A stretch of DNA of 12,240 bases. Origin: an uncultured Bacillota bacterium. GTDB taxonomy: Bacteria; Bacillota; Clostridia; Peptostreptococcales; Anaerovoracaceae. Every line of letters starts with the position of its first letter. The first letter of the stretch is position 1. Below, piece after piece: positions 1 through 6,745 of this stretch. Under the pieces are notes generated by a model that saw only the letters and a program-made list of their open reading frames with translations, was not told the origin of the DNA and did no database searches. The stretch is taken from positions 1 to 12,240 of the forward strand of contig CAUHLX010000045.1 of assembly GCA_959606705.1 (NCBI GenBank), read 5' to 3'. The translations under genes were made by a program, and so were the position numbers.

Positions 1-914
1 CCAGGGAATGGTATCAAAGCTGTTTTTCCGACTCGGCTCCCCTGACCTGGGGGATTTTCGAGCCCAGCGCTCCGATCTACACCGTCCCTCTCGCAGAGCT
101 GGAACAGAAGCTGAACTTCAAATTCCCGGTGGTGCTCATGTATACCCACATGCAGCAGACCTATGATCCGAACCTCATTGGAAACGGACTGCGGACGGCC
201 TATGGCGAAGGACGCACGGTCGAACTGACTTTGCAGACCACCGGCGCCACGGCAGACGGCGGCAACATGGTCTACGACGTGCTGAACGGAGAATACGACG
301 GCTTCCTGAAAGCTCTGGCCGCGGATGTGGCAAGCTTCGGGCATCCGGTGCTGTTCCGCCTGGGAAACGAGATGAACGGAGACTGGTGCCCCTATTCCTC
401 CTACAACACGTCCCGAGACACCTCGATCTATCTGGAATTTTATCGATATGTCCATCAGGTATTCAAGGAAGCCGGCGCTCTGGCCAATACCGTCTGGATC
501 TGGAACCCCAACGAAAAATCCTTCCCCGACTTCACCTGGAACAACGAGCTGAACTATTATCCCGGAGATGAATACGTGGATGTGGTGGGCTTGACCGGTT
601 ACAACACCGGCACCTATTATTCCGGCGAAACCTGGCGCAGCTTCGGACAGATTTACGATCCCCTTTACAATCGGATGGCAGCCCGTTCGGAGAAGCCCTT
701 GATGATCACCGAATTCGCTTCCAGCTCCGTAGGCGGAGACAAGGCGGCCTGGGTCCGTGATCTGTTTCAGCGCCTGCCCTCTTATCCTAAAATAAAAATG
801 GCCATCTGGTGGGATGGCCGTGATCTTGCCGCCAACGGTGAGATTGCGCGGCCGTATTTCATCGATCAGCCGGAAGAGCTGATTCAGATCTTCCGGGAAC
901 AGCTGAGCCGGTAA
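1..914 (+). CDS. Glycoside hydrolase family 26 (beta-mannanase-like) catalytic domain, 3' portion. The reading frame is open from window position 3, so the gene starts upstream of the window.
   Basis: The frame has no stop from nt 3 to the TAA at 912-914. The GH26 acid/base motif FRLGNEMNGDW and the nucleophile motif MITEFASS are both present, along with W/Y-rich sugar-binding segments. An intrinsic terminator follows the stop. Confidence 0.7.
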   Translation, partial: REWYQSCFSDSAPLTWGIFEPSAPIYTVPLAELEQKLNFKFPVVLMYTHMQQTYDPNLIGNGLRTAYGEGRTVELTLQTTGATADGGNMVYDVLNGEYDGFLKALAADVASFGHPVLFRLGNEMNGDWCPYSSYNTSRDTSIYLEFYRYVHQVFKEAGALANTVWIWNPNEKSFPDFTWNNELNYYPGDEYVDVVGLTGYNTGTYYSGETWRSFGQIYDPLYNRMAARSEKPLMITEFASSSVGGDKAAWVRDLFQRLPSYPKIKMAIWWDGRDLAANGEIARPYFIDQPEELIQIFREQLSR

Positions 915-919
915 CCGCC

Positions 920-959
920 GAAGGCGTCCCCAGCTTCAACGAGGGGACGCCTTCGTTTT
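920..959 (+). terminator. Rho-independent terminator of the GH26 gene
   Basis: The 12-bp perfect stem GAAGGCGTCCCC (920-931) pairs with GGGGACGCCTTC (943-954) around an 11-nt loop, followed by GTTTTA. The last codons of the convergent minus-strand gene (stop at 936-938) lie inside this hairpin. Confidence 0.7.
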
Positions 960-2000
960 ATGGAAGAGAGCCGTCCATCGCTGCCGCAGCCTCGCTTTGA
1001 CACTTTGATAGAGGATCGACAGCGGAATCACCGTCAGATAGATCAAAAGCAGCTCCGCGGCCATGAGCTTGAGAACCCCCACAATCCCGTAATCCGGCGC
1101 GTGGTGGTCCACGATCAGAATGCAGAACGGATGCGCCAAGTAGATGTAATAAGAGGACCCGCTGAGCTTTTTCCAAAGCAGGGGAAGCAATCCGGCCCCC
1201 GCCAGCAAATCGGCGGCCAAATAGTAGACCATGATCCCCAGACTGCAAAAAATCAGATAAATGTAGAGGTCCCATCCCGCCAGCACCGTTTGTCCCAAAA
1301 TCTGACCGGCATAATATTTCCAGCTATAGAGCAGGCCCGCTCCGAGGAAGCAGGGAAACAGCGCCCATTTCCAGGGGGAACGCAGGAGGCCGCGCGCCTT
1401 CTCCGGGTCCTTTCCGAAGTAACAGCCCAGCAGGAAATAGAACAGGTAGATAAACAGGCTGCGATCGGTCTGTCCTTCCGGTACGATGCGGATCGCCGCC
1501 AGATTGATCAGCAGAGCCAGCGGCAGAACCACCTTCCCGGGCAATTTTTTCACGATCCGAACAAAGAGAAAGAACAAGAGATAAAATTTCACGATCAGGA
1601 CCACAAAGTACAGATGATACATCATGTCCCCATCCCAAGCCCTCTCAAAGAAATTAGGCCAGGAGGCCTTCCACCCTTCCAGGAGGTCCCATCCGCGGTA
1701 GATGTAATATCGATAGTAAACCACGCACCAAACCAGGTACGGAATCAGAATTTTAGTAAAGCGGCGAAGGAGAAACTGACCGTAGTGAAACGGCTTTTCC
1801 CGATAGGAATAGCTCAACGCCATGCCGCTGGCAAAGATGAACATGGGCACCGCCGGCAGTGCGAAGCGGTTTAAAAGAATCAGCAGTGGCAGAGCCGGCC
1901 CTTCCGTCAGCGAAACGATGGGCGCAGCGGTGGTGTGAATGAAGATCACCAGAATCGCACCCAGTGCTCTGTAATAATCCAATGTGTCCAGTCTTTTCAT
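936..2000 (-). CDS. Acyltransferase family 3 (membrane O-acyltransferase), multi-pass membrane protein
   Basis: The N-terminus MKRLDTLDYYRALGAILVIFIHT is typical of Acyltransferase_3 and is followed by about 10 hydrophobic helices. The start is set at ATG 2000-1998 (M21 of the ORF-track model) because a GGAGAAGGAA ribosome-binding site sits just upstream. The ORF-track start at 2060 falls inside the -35 box of the promoter. Confidence 0.75.
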   Translation of the reverse strand: MKRLDTLDYYRALGAILVIFIHTTAAPIVSLTEGPALPLLILLNRFALPAVPMFIFASGMALSYSYREKPFHYGQFLLRRFTKILIPYLVWCVVYYRYYIYRGWDLLEGWKASWPNFFERAWDGDMMYHLYFVVLIVKFYLLFFLFVRIVKKLPGKVVLPLALLINLAAIRIVPEGQTDRSLFIYLFYFLLGCYFGKDPEKARGLLRSPWKWALFPCFLGAGLLYSWKYYAGQILGQTVLAGWDLYIYLIFCSLGIMVYYLAADLLAGAGLLPLLWKKLSGSSYYIYLAHPFCILIVDHHAPDYGIVGVLKLMAAELLLIYLTVIPLSILYQSVKARLRQRWTALFHKTKASPR

Positions 2001-2031
2001 CCGTTCCTTCTCCTTGGTGGTTTTCTTCCCT

Positions 2032-2060
2032 ATTATAATCTGCCCCCCGCAAAAATTCAA
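2032..2060 (-). promoter_or_regulatory. Sigma-A type promoter for the acyltransferase gene, TTGAAT-17-TATAAT on the minus strand
   Basis: The -35 box TTGAAT is the complement of 2055-2060, followed by a 17-nt spacer. The -10 box TATAAT is the complement of 2032-2037. This lies about 30 nt upstream of the ATG at 2000. Confidence 0.55.
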
Positions 2061-2103
2061 TCAAAATACGCTCCGACGCCCCTTTTCCCGGTGTTCTTCC
2101 CAG

Positions 2104-2132
2104 TTGTACGCGGATGCCGATTGTGGTATACT
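2104..2132 (+). promoter_or_regulatory. Sigma-A type promoter for citrate synthase, TTGTAC-17-TGgTATACT with an extended -10
   Basis: The -35 box TTGTAC is at 2104-2109, the spacer is 17 nt, a TG sits at 2124-2125, and the -10 box TATACT is at 2127-2132. It is divergent from the acyltransferase promoter. Confidence 0.5.
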
Positions 2133-2170
2133 CTAGTCTAATAGTGAATGAGTGAATAGGAGGGGTCGGC

Positions 2171-3577
2171 TTGGATCGCGAGGATACGAAGGTAAAGCTG
2201 AAAAAGCTGCATGATATCCATCAATTAGAACAGAGGTTTATTGGTTCGATGTCCGAAAGGCTAACGGACAACAATACCATCGACAGTAAATACTACGGTC
2301 TCTACGACGTGAAACGCGGCCTGCGGGACGCCAACGGTGCCGGCGTGGTGGTGGGCTTGACGAAAATCGGCGATGTGGTAGGCTATGAAGTCAACGACAA
2401 GGATGAAAAGCTCCCGGTGCCCGGCAAGCTGTACTATCGCGGGATCGACGTAGAGGACATCGTCCGCAGCTGTCTGGCGGAAAATCGATTCGGCTACGAG
2501 GAAACCAGTTACCTCCTGCTGTTTGGCGAACTGCCCACAAAGCGGCAGCTGTGGGATTACCAGGAGCTTCTAGCCGCCAAGCGCGAGCTGCCTTCCGGAT
2601 TTGCCCGGGACATGATCATGGTAGCTCCCAGCCGCAGTATTATGAATAAGCTGGCTCGAAGCGTGCTGGCCTTGTATTCTTACGATCCGGAGCCGGACGA
2701 CCTTTCCGTGGGAAATGTCCTGCGGCAGTCCGTCAATCTGATCGGCTTTTTCCCCACGCTGATCGCTTACGCCTTCCAGGCAAAGCGTTCCTTCTTCGAC
2801 GGAGAAAGCCTGCACCTGCATTATCCTCAGGCCGACAAAAGCACCGCGGAAAATATTCTCCGCATGCTGCGGCCCACCGGGGAGTATTCCGAGCTGGAAG
2901 CCAAGCTTCTGGATCTCTGCATGATCCTCCACGCCGAACACGGCGGCGGCAACAACTCCGCCTTCACCACCCATCTGGTCACCTCTACGGGAACGGACAC
3001 CTATTCCGCCATCGCGGCGGCCGTGGGTTCGCTGAAAGGACCCAAGCACGGCGGCGCCAACCTGGAGGTTCTGCACATGATCAGCGATATCAAAGCGCAT
3101 GTGAAAGACATCACCGATGAAAGAGAATTGGAACAGTATTTGATCAAAATACTAAAGGGGCAGGCCAACGACGGCAGCGGACTGATCTACGGACTGGGCC
3201 ACGCGGTCTATACCATCTCCGATCCCCGCGCCACCCTCTTGAAAGGAATGGCGAAGGAGCTGGCCGAGGATAAAGGACTGATGGACGATTTCATGCTCTA
3301 CGACTATATCGAGCACAACGCGCCCCGTCTGTTCGCGGAGATCAAGGGGGTCGACAAGCCCATGCCGGCCAACGTGGACCTGTATTCCGGCTTCGTTTAC
3401 AACGCGCTGAATATCCCCGTGGATATCGCCACGCCGCTGTTCGCCGCTTCCCGGATTTCCGGCTGGTGCGCCCACCGCATCGAGGAGCTGGTGGCCGGCG
3501 GACGAATCATGCGCCCGGCCTATCAGACCGTTCAGCCGCTGCGTCCTTACGTTCCCATCGACCGGCGGGACGAATGA
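2171..3577 (+). CDS. Citrate synthase (Si-type citrate synthase family)
   Basis: Citrate-synthase signature segments are present: LHAEHGGGNNSAFTTHLVTSTGTDTYSAIAAAVGSLKGPKHGGAN, GLGHAVY and NVDLYSGFVY. The start is a TTG at 2171 with an AGGAGG ribosome-binding site at 2157-2163, 7 nt upstream. The CDS is 468 aa. Confidence 0.85.
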   Translation: MDREDTKVKLKKLHDIHQLEQRFIGSMSERLTDNNTIDSKYYGLYDVKRGLRDANGAGVVVGLTKIGDVVGYEVNDKDEKLPVPGKLYYRGIDVEDIVRSCLAENRFGYEETSYLLLFGELPTKRQLWDYQELLAAKRELPSGFARDMIMVAPSRSIMNKLARSVLALYSYDPEPDDLSVGNVLRQSVNLIGFFPTLIAYAFQAKRSFFDGESLHLHYPQADKSTAENILRMLRPTGEYSELEAKLLDLCMILHAEHGGGNNSAFTTHLVTSTGTDTYSAIAAAVGSLKGPKHGGANLEVLHMISDIKAHVKDITDERELEQYLIKILKGQANDGSGLIYGLGHAVYTISDPRATLLKGMAKELAEDKGLMDDFMLYDYIEHNAPRLFAEIKGVDKPMPANVDLYSGFVYNALNIPVDIATPLFAASRISGWCAHRIEELVAGGRIMRPAYQTVQPLRPYVPIDRRDE

Positions 3578-3630
3578 CATCGTGAGAAACGCCGACGGAC
3601 GAACCCGTGCCGCCGCCTACTGCGAAACCG

Positions 3631-3680
3631 TAAAAAATCCGCGCGGTGCCATCAGGCACATCCATCGCGCGGATTTTAAA
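3631..3680. terminator. Bidirectional intrinsic terminator between citrate synthase (+) and the XRE regulator (-)
   Basis: A 12-bp stem AAAATCCGCGCG (3634-3645) pairs with CGCGCGGATTTT (3666-3677) and has an inner GC hairpin. An A-tract lies upstream and a T-tract downstream, so the structure can function on both strands. Confidence 0.65.
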
Positions 3681-3713
3681 ATGTAAACGACTATTACCTT
3701 TTTCTCGAAACGC

Positions 3714-4250
3714 TCAATTATGATTCTGGTGGGACAGCTCCATGTAATAATGACTGAGACGCTCCGCCACCTGATTTAAAAACAGGAGCCCCTCTGTCTT
3801 CAGCCCGTGATTGGCGTAAACCCCAAGATCCGAATACTCGATGGATTTCTTCACCAGTCCGGCTACCTCTTGGAATTCTCCCTGTTCCGCTCGCTGCTTG
3901 GCCAGCTCCAAATATGCCCTGCCCAAGAGCGCCTTGAACTCGTCGGCCAGCTCCCCCGGATAACTTCCGTCCATTTCGATCAGCGCTTCATATTCCGCCC
4001 GTATCAACAGGCCCTTGGCCTCCGCCAGACGCGACAAGGCATCCTCCGACCGTTCCCCGATCAGCTGGTCCATGGGGATGTCCAGCACGCCGGCCAGATA
4101 TTCCAGGGTCTTGATCGAAGGCGTAGCGGTGCCGCTTTCGATCTGACTCAGCATATTTCTGGTGATAAAACCGCCGACCACATCGCTTTGAGTCATCTTC
4201 TTTGCCAAGCGGGCTTCTTTTATTCGCTTTCCCAGTGTCACGGAATCCAT
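3714..4250 (-). CDS. XRE-family (Cro/CI-type) HTH transcriptional regulator with a ~110-aa helical C-terminal domain
   Basis: The N-terminal segment LGKRIKEARLAKKMTQSDVVGGFITRNMLSQIESGTATPSIKTLEYLAGVLDIPMDQL is a canonical HTH_XRE. The C-terminus is predicted alpha-helical. A GAGGAA ribosome-binding site lies upstream of the ATG at 4250. The CDS is 178 aa. Confidence 0.8.
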   Translation of the reverse strand: MDSVTLGKRIKEARLAKKMTQSDVVGGFITRNMLSQIESGTATPSIKTLEYLAGVLDIPMDQLIGERSEDALSRLAEAKGLLIRAEYEALIEMDGSYPGELADEFKALLGRAYLELAKQRAEQGEFQEVAGLVKKSIEYSDLGVYANHGLKTEGLLFLNQVAERLSHYYMELSHQNHN

Positions 4251-4267
4251 AGGCTTTCCTCGTCGAT

Positions 4268-4299
4268 GTAAATATAATTTACCTTTATTGTATCAGAGG
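4268..4299. promoter_or_regulatory. Operator-like element A, a perfect palindrome GTAAAT-ATA-ATTTAC followed by a conserved CTTTATTGTATCAGAGG extension, in the leader of the XRE regulator gene
   Basis: GTAAAT at 4268-4273 and ATTTAC at 4277-4282 are exact reverse complements. The whole 31-bp element recurs at 4388-4418 with about 5 mismatches. Confidence 0.5.
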
Positions 4300-4354
4300 A
4301 ATCTTCAGTGCACAACCGGTTTTTCAACTTTTTTATTTATTTTTTCGGTCCCAG

Positions 4355-4383
4355 TTGACAGTCCATTGCCAACTGGATATAAT
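4355..4383 (+). promoter_or_regulatory. Perfect-consensus sigma-A promoter TTGACA-17-TATAAT for the NfeD-flotillin operon
   Basis: TTGACA is at 4355-4360, the spacer is exactly 17 nt, and TATAAT is at 4378-4383. A T-rich UP-like tract at 4320-4348 lies upstream. The predicted +1 at about 4390 falls inside operator B. Confidence 0.6.
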
Positions 4384-4387
4384 CTAG

Positions 4388-4418
4388 GTAAACATGATTT
4401 ACTTTTATTGCTCAGACC
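4388..4418. promoter_or_regulatory. Operator-like element B, GTAAAC-ATG-ATTTAC (a 6-3-6 palindrome with 1 mismatch) plus a TTTTATTGCTCAGACC extension, overlapping the transcription start of the NfeD-flotillin promoter
   Basis: This is a direct-repeat copy of element A and sits immediately downstream of the -10 box, in the classic position for a repressor site. Confidence 0.5.
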
Positions 4419-4445
4419 ATGGTCCCAATTGAAAGGAGGGGAGTT

Positions 4446-5135
4446 ATGATTGACTGGTGGAACGGACTGGATCAATTGATGAAGGTCCTGTACTGCATTG
4501 CGATTCCCGCCACTCTGGTGTTTGTCATTCAGACGGTTCTTTCCATGCTCAGCGGCATGAGCGCCGACGTGGGAGTCGATGTCAGTGACACATCCGGCCT
4601 GGACATGGGCGGAACGGATGTGGGAGGCGATCTCAATTATGACGGAGGCTCTGATTTGGGCGAATTGTCCGACGGCAACCTGGGAGACGCCAAAGCGTTC
4701 ACGGACGGAGGCAATCCCGCGGACTTTTCACAGCTCCGTCTGTTTACCCTCCAAGGCGTCGTGGCCTTCTTCACCGTCTTTGGCTGGACGGCCATCCTCA
4801 CCATTAACGGCGGGGTCTCGGAATTGATCGGCACGCTGCTGGGTCTGGCGCTGGGATTCATCGCTATGATTTTAGTAGCAAAGCTCATTCGATTTTCCAC
4901 CAAGCTGGCGGAAAATGGTACCATGGATTTGCGGAACGCCATCGGCGAAACCGGATCTGTCTACATCCCGCTCCCTCCTTCCGGACAAGGGGAGGGAAAG
5001 ATTACGCTGTACCTGCAGGGCAGCTATTCGGAATGTACCGCGGCCAACGCCGGCGACCAGCCCCTGCCCACCGGAACCTCGGTCCGAGTGGTGGACCTCC
5101 GAAACGGAATTTTGATCGTGGAGGCAGACCATTGA
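4446..5135 (+). CDS. NfeD-family membrane protein (short YuaF-like NfeD). It has N-terminal transmembrane helices and a C-terminal OB-fold beta-barrel, and carries an Asp/Gly-rich insert.
   Basis: The C-terminal pattern GETGSVYIPL...GEGKITLYLQGSYSECTA...LPTGTSVRVVDLRNGILIVE matches the NfeD OB-fold. The start is ATG 4446 with an AGGAGG ribosome-binding site at 4434-4439. The ORF-track start at 4419 has no ribosome-binding site and lies in the operator. The gene is immediately upstream of the flotillin gene, as in yuaF-floT. Confidence 0.75.
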   Translation: MIDWWNGLDQLMKVLYCIAIPATLVFVIQTVLSMLSGMSADVGVDVSDTSGLDMGGTDVGGDLNYDGGSDLGELSDGNLGDAKAFTDGGNPADFSQLRLFTLQGVVAFFTVFGWTAILTINGGVSELIGTLLGLALGFIAMILVAKLIRFSTKLAENGTMDLRNAIGETGSVYIPLPPSGQGEGKITLYLQGSYSECTAANAGDQPLPTGTSVRVVDLRNGILIVEADH

Positions 5136-5187
5136 ACCGATTCCTTCCGTATTTCCCAACATTCTTATTTTAAAGGAGAACAAAACT

Positions 5188-6672
5188 ATGGGTATTGGAA
5201 TTTTAGCTGCAATCTGTATTTTAGTCATCGTACTTCTGGCCGCCCTCCTTGCGATCCTGTCACGTTATCGGAAGTGTCCCTCCGATAAGGTCCTGGTCAT
5301 TTACGGTAAGGTAGGTTCCGATAAAAACGGACAGACCAAAAGCGCAAAATGCATCCACGGCGGCGCCGCCTTTATCATTCCGGTGCTGCAGTCTTATCAG
5401 TACCTGGATCTGACGCCGATTTCCATCAACGTCGATTTGAAATCCGCGCTGTCCAAGCAGAATATCCGAGTGGATGTTCCTTCCCGATTCACCGTAGGCA
5501 TTTCCACCGAACCGGGAATCATGCAAAACGCGGCCGAACGCCTATTGGGCCTGCAGCTCAGCGAGATTCAGGAGCTGGCAAAGGACATCATCTTCGGTCA
5601 GCTGCGTCTGGTCATCGCCACGATGGACATCGAAGAAATCAATACCGACCGGGACAAGTTCCTGGTTGCGGTCTCCAACAACGTGGAGATTGAGCTGAAG
5701 AAGATCGGTCTGCGCCTGATCAACGTCAACGTCACGGACATCAACGACGAATCCGGATACATCGAGGCGCTGGGCAAGGAAGCCGCCGCGAAGGCCATCA
5801 ACGATGCGAAGAAGAGCGTCGCGGAGAAAAACCGCGATGGTGAAATCGGTCAGGCCAACGCGCACAGAGATCAGCGAATCAACGTAGCCGCCGCGGACGC
5901 GGACGCCATCAACGGCGAAAATACGGCCAAAATCGAAGTGGCTCAATCCGAGGCCAACCGTCGTCAGAAGGAAGCGGAAGCCCTCCGTCTGGCCACCGCC
6001 GCCGAAGCGGTCCAGTCCGCCAAGGCCAAGCAGGAAGCCTACATCGCTCAGCAGGAAGCGGAACAAACTCGTGCCCAGCTGGAGAAAGCAACCCAGCAGG
6101 CGGACGTCATCGTAACCGCTCAAATCAAAAAAGAGCAGGCGGAAATCGACGCCGAGGCGGAAGCCGAGGTCCTGCGCCGCAAGGCGCGCGGCGAAGCGGA
6201 CGCGATCTTCGCGAAAATGGAAGCACAGGCCAAGGGCTCTCAGGAGATCCTGGAAAAGCAGGCGGCCGGTATTCGAAGCCTGGTGGAAGCCGCCGGGTCG
6301 GATCCCAACGCGGCGGTCAAGCTGATGATTGCCGACAAACTGGAAGAGCTGACCAGAATTCAGGTAGAGGCCATCAAAAATATCAAGATCGACAAGGTTA
6401 CCGTCTGGGACGGCGGCAGTGGCGGCGAACAGGGGAAGACCGCTACGGCCGGTTTCCTGTCAGGCTTGTTGAAATCAGTGCCTCCTCTAAATGAGTTGTT
6501 CCGCCAGGCCGGTATGGAGCTGCCCGAGTTCCTGGGCCGGGAACTGCCCGAGCTCACCGTTTCCACGGCCGAGCCGGCGGCAAAAGCAGCCGAGCCCGAG
6601 TCTCCCGCAGAGGCCGCCGAGACGGAGGCAAAGGCGGCGAAAGAAGCCAAAGAGATCAAGACAGATAAATAA
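5188..6672 (+). CDS. floT: Flotillin (SPFH/band-7 family, FloT/YuaG-like) with a Glu/Ala-rich coiled-coil region and an acidic Pro/Ala/Glu tail
   Basis: The protein has an N-terminal membrane anchor MGIGILAAICILVIVLLAALLAIL, an SPFH core and a long EA-repeat region (AEAEAEVLRRKARGEADA...). An AGGAG ribosome-binding site lies 9 nt upstream. Only 52 nt separate this gene from nfeD, with no intervening hairpin, so the two are co-transcribed. The CDS is 494 aa. Confidence 0.85.
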   Translation: MGIGILAAICILVIVLLAALLAILSRYRKCPSDKVLVIYGKVGSDKNGQTKSAKCIHGGAAFIIPVLQSYQYLDLTPISINVDLKSALSKQNIRVDVPSRFTVGISTEPGIMQNAAERLLGLQLSEIQELAKDIIFGQLRLVIATMDIEEINTDRDKFLVAVSNNVEIELKKIGLRLINVNVTDINDESGYIEALGKEAAAKAINDAKKSVAEKNRDGEIGQANAHRDQRINVAAADADAINGENTAKIEVAQSEANRRQKEAEALRLATAAEAVQSAKAKQEAYIAQQEAEQTRAQLEKATQQADVIVTAQIKKEQAEIDAEAEAEVLRRKARGEADAIFAKMEAQAKGSQEILEKQAAGIRSLVEAAGSDPNAAVKLMIADKLEELTRIQVEAIKNIKIDKVTVWDGGSGGEQGKTATAGFLSGLLKSVPPLNELFRQAGMELPEFLGRELPELTVSTAEPAAKAAEPESPAEAAETEAKAAKEAKEIKTDK

Positions 6673-6693
6673 GGTTCAAAAGGGGTTTCATTC

Positions 6694-6738
6694 AAAAGGC
6701 GTCCGGCAAAATGATTTTGCGGACGCCTTTTTTTATTC
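6694..6738. terminator. Bidirectional intrinsic terminator between flotillin (+) and pcrA (-)
   Basis: A long, near-perfect hairpin AAAAGGCGTCCGGCAAAAT / ATTTTGCGGACGCCTTTT (6694-6731) is followed by TTTTTATT. An A-tract upstream provides the U-tract for the minus strand. Confidence 0.7.
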
Positions 6739-6745
6739 GGTTTCT

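Noticed and set aside
960-1874. 304-aa ORF on the plus strand, antisense to the acyltransferase gene
   Set aside because: It is a hydrophilic, Arg/Gln/Pro-rich translation typical of the antisense of a GC-rich membrane-protein gene. It has no ribosome-binding site and lies fully inside a confidently assigned CDS.
2001-2060. Upstream extension of the acyltransferase ORF to the ATG at 2060
   Set aside because: The extension has no ribosome-binding site and its first codons coincide with the TTGAAT -35 box of the promoter. The M21 start at 2000 has a strong ribosome-binding site and the canonical MKR..D..R N-terminus.
1935-2141. 68-aa plus-strand ORF spanning the divergent promoter region
   Set aside because: It overlaps the acyltransferase N-terminus and both promoters and has no ribosome-binding site. 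It is most likely spurious.
4419-4445. ORF-track start of NfeD at 4419
   Set aside because: It has no ribosome-binding site and lies inside operator B, right at the transcription start. The in-frame ATG at 4446 has an AGGAGG ribosome-binding site.
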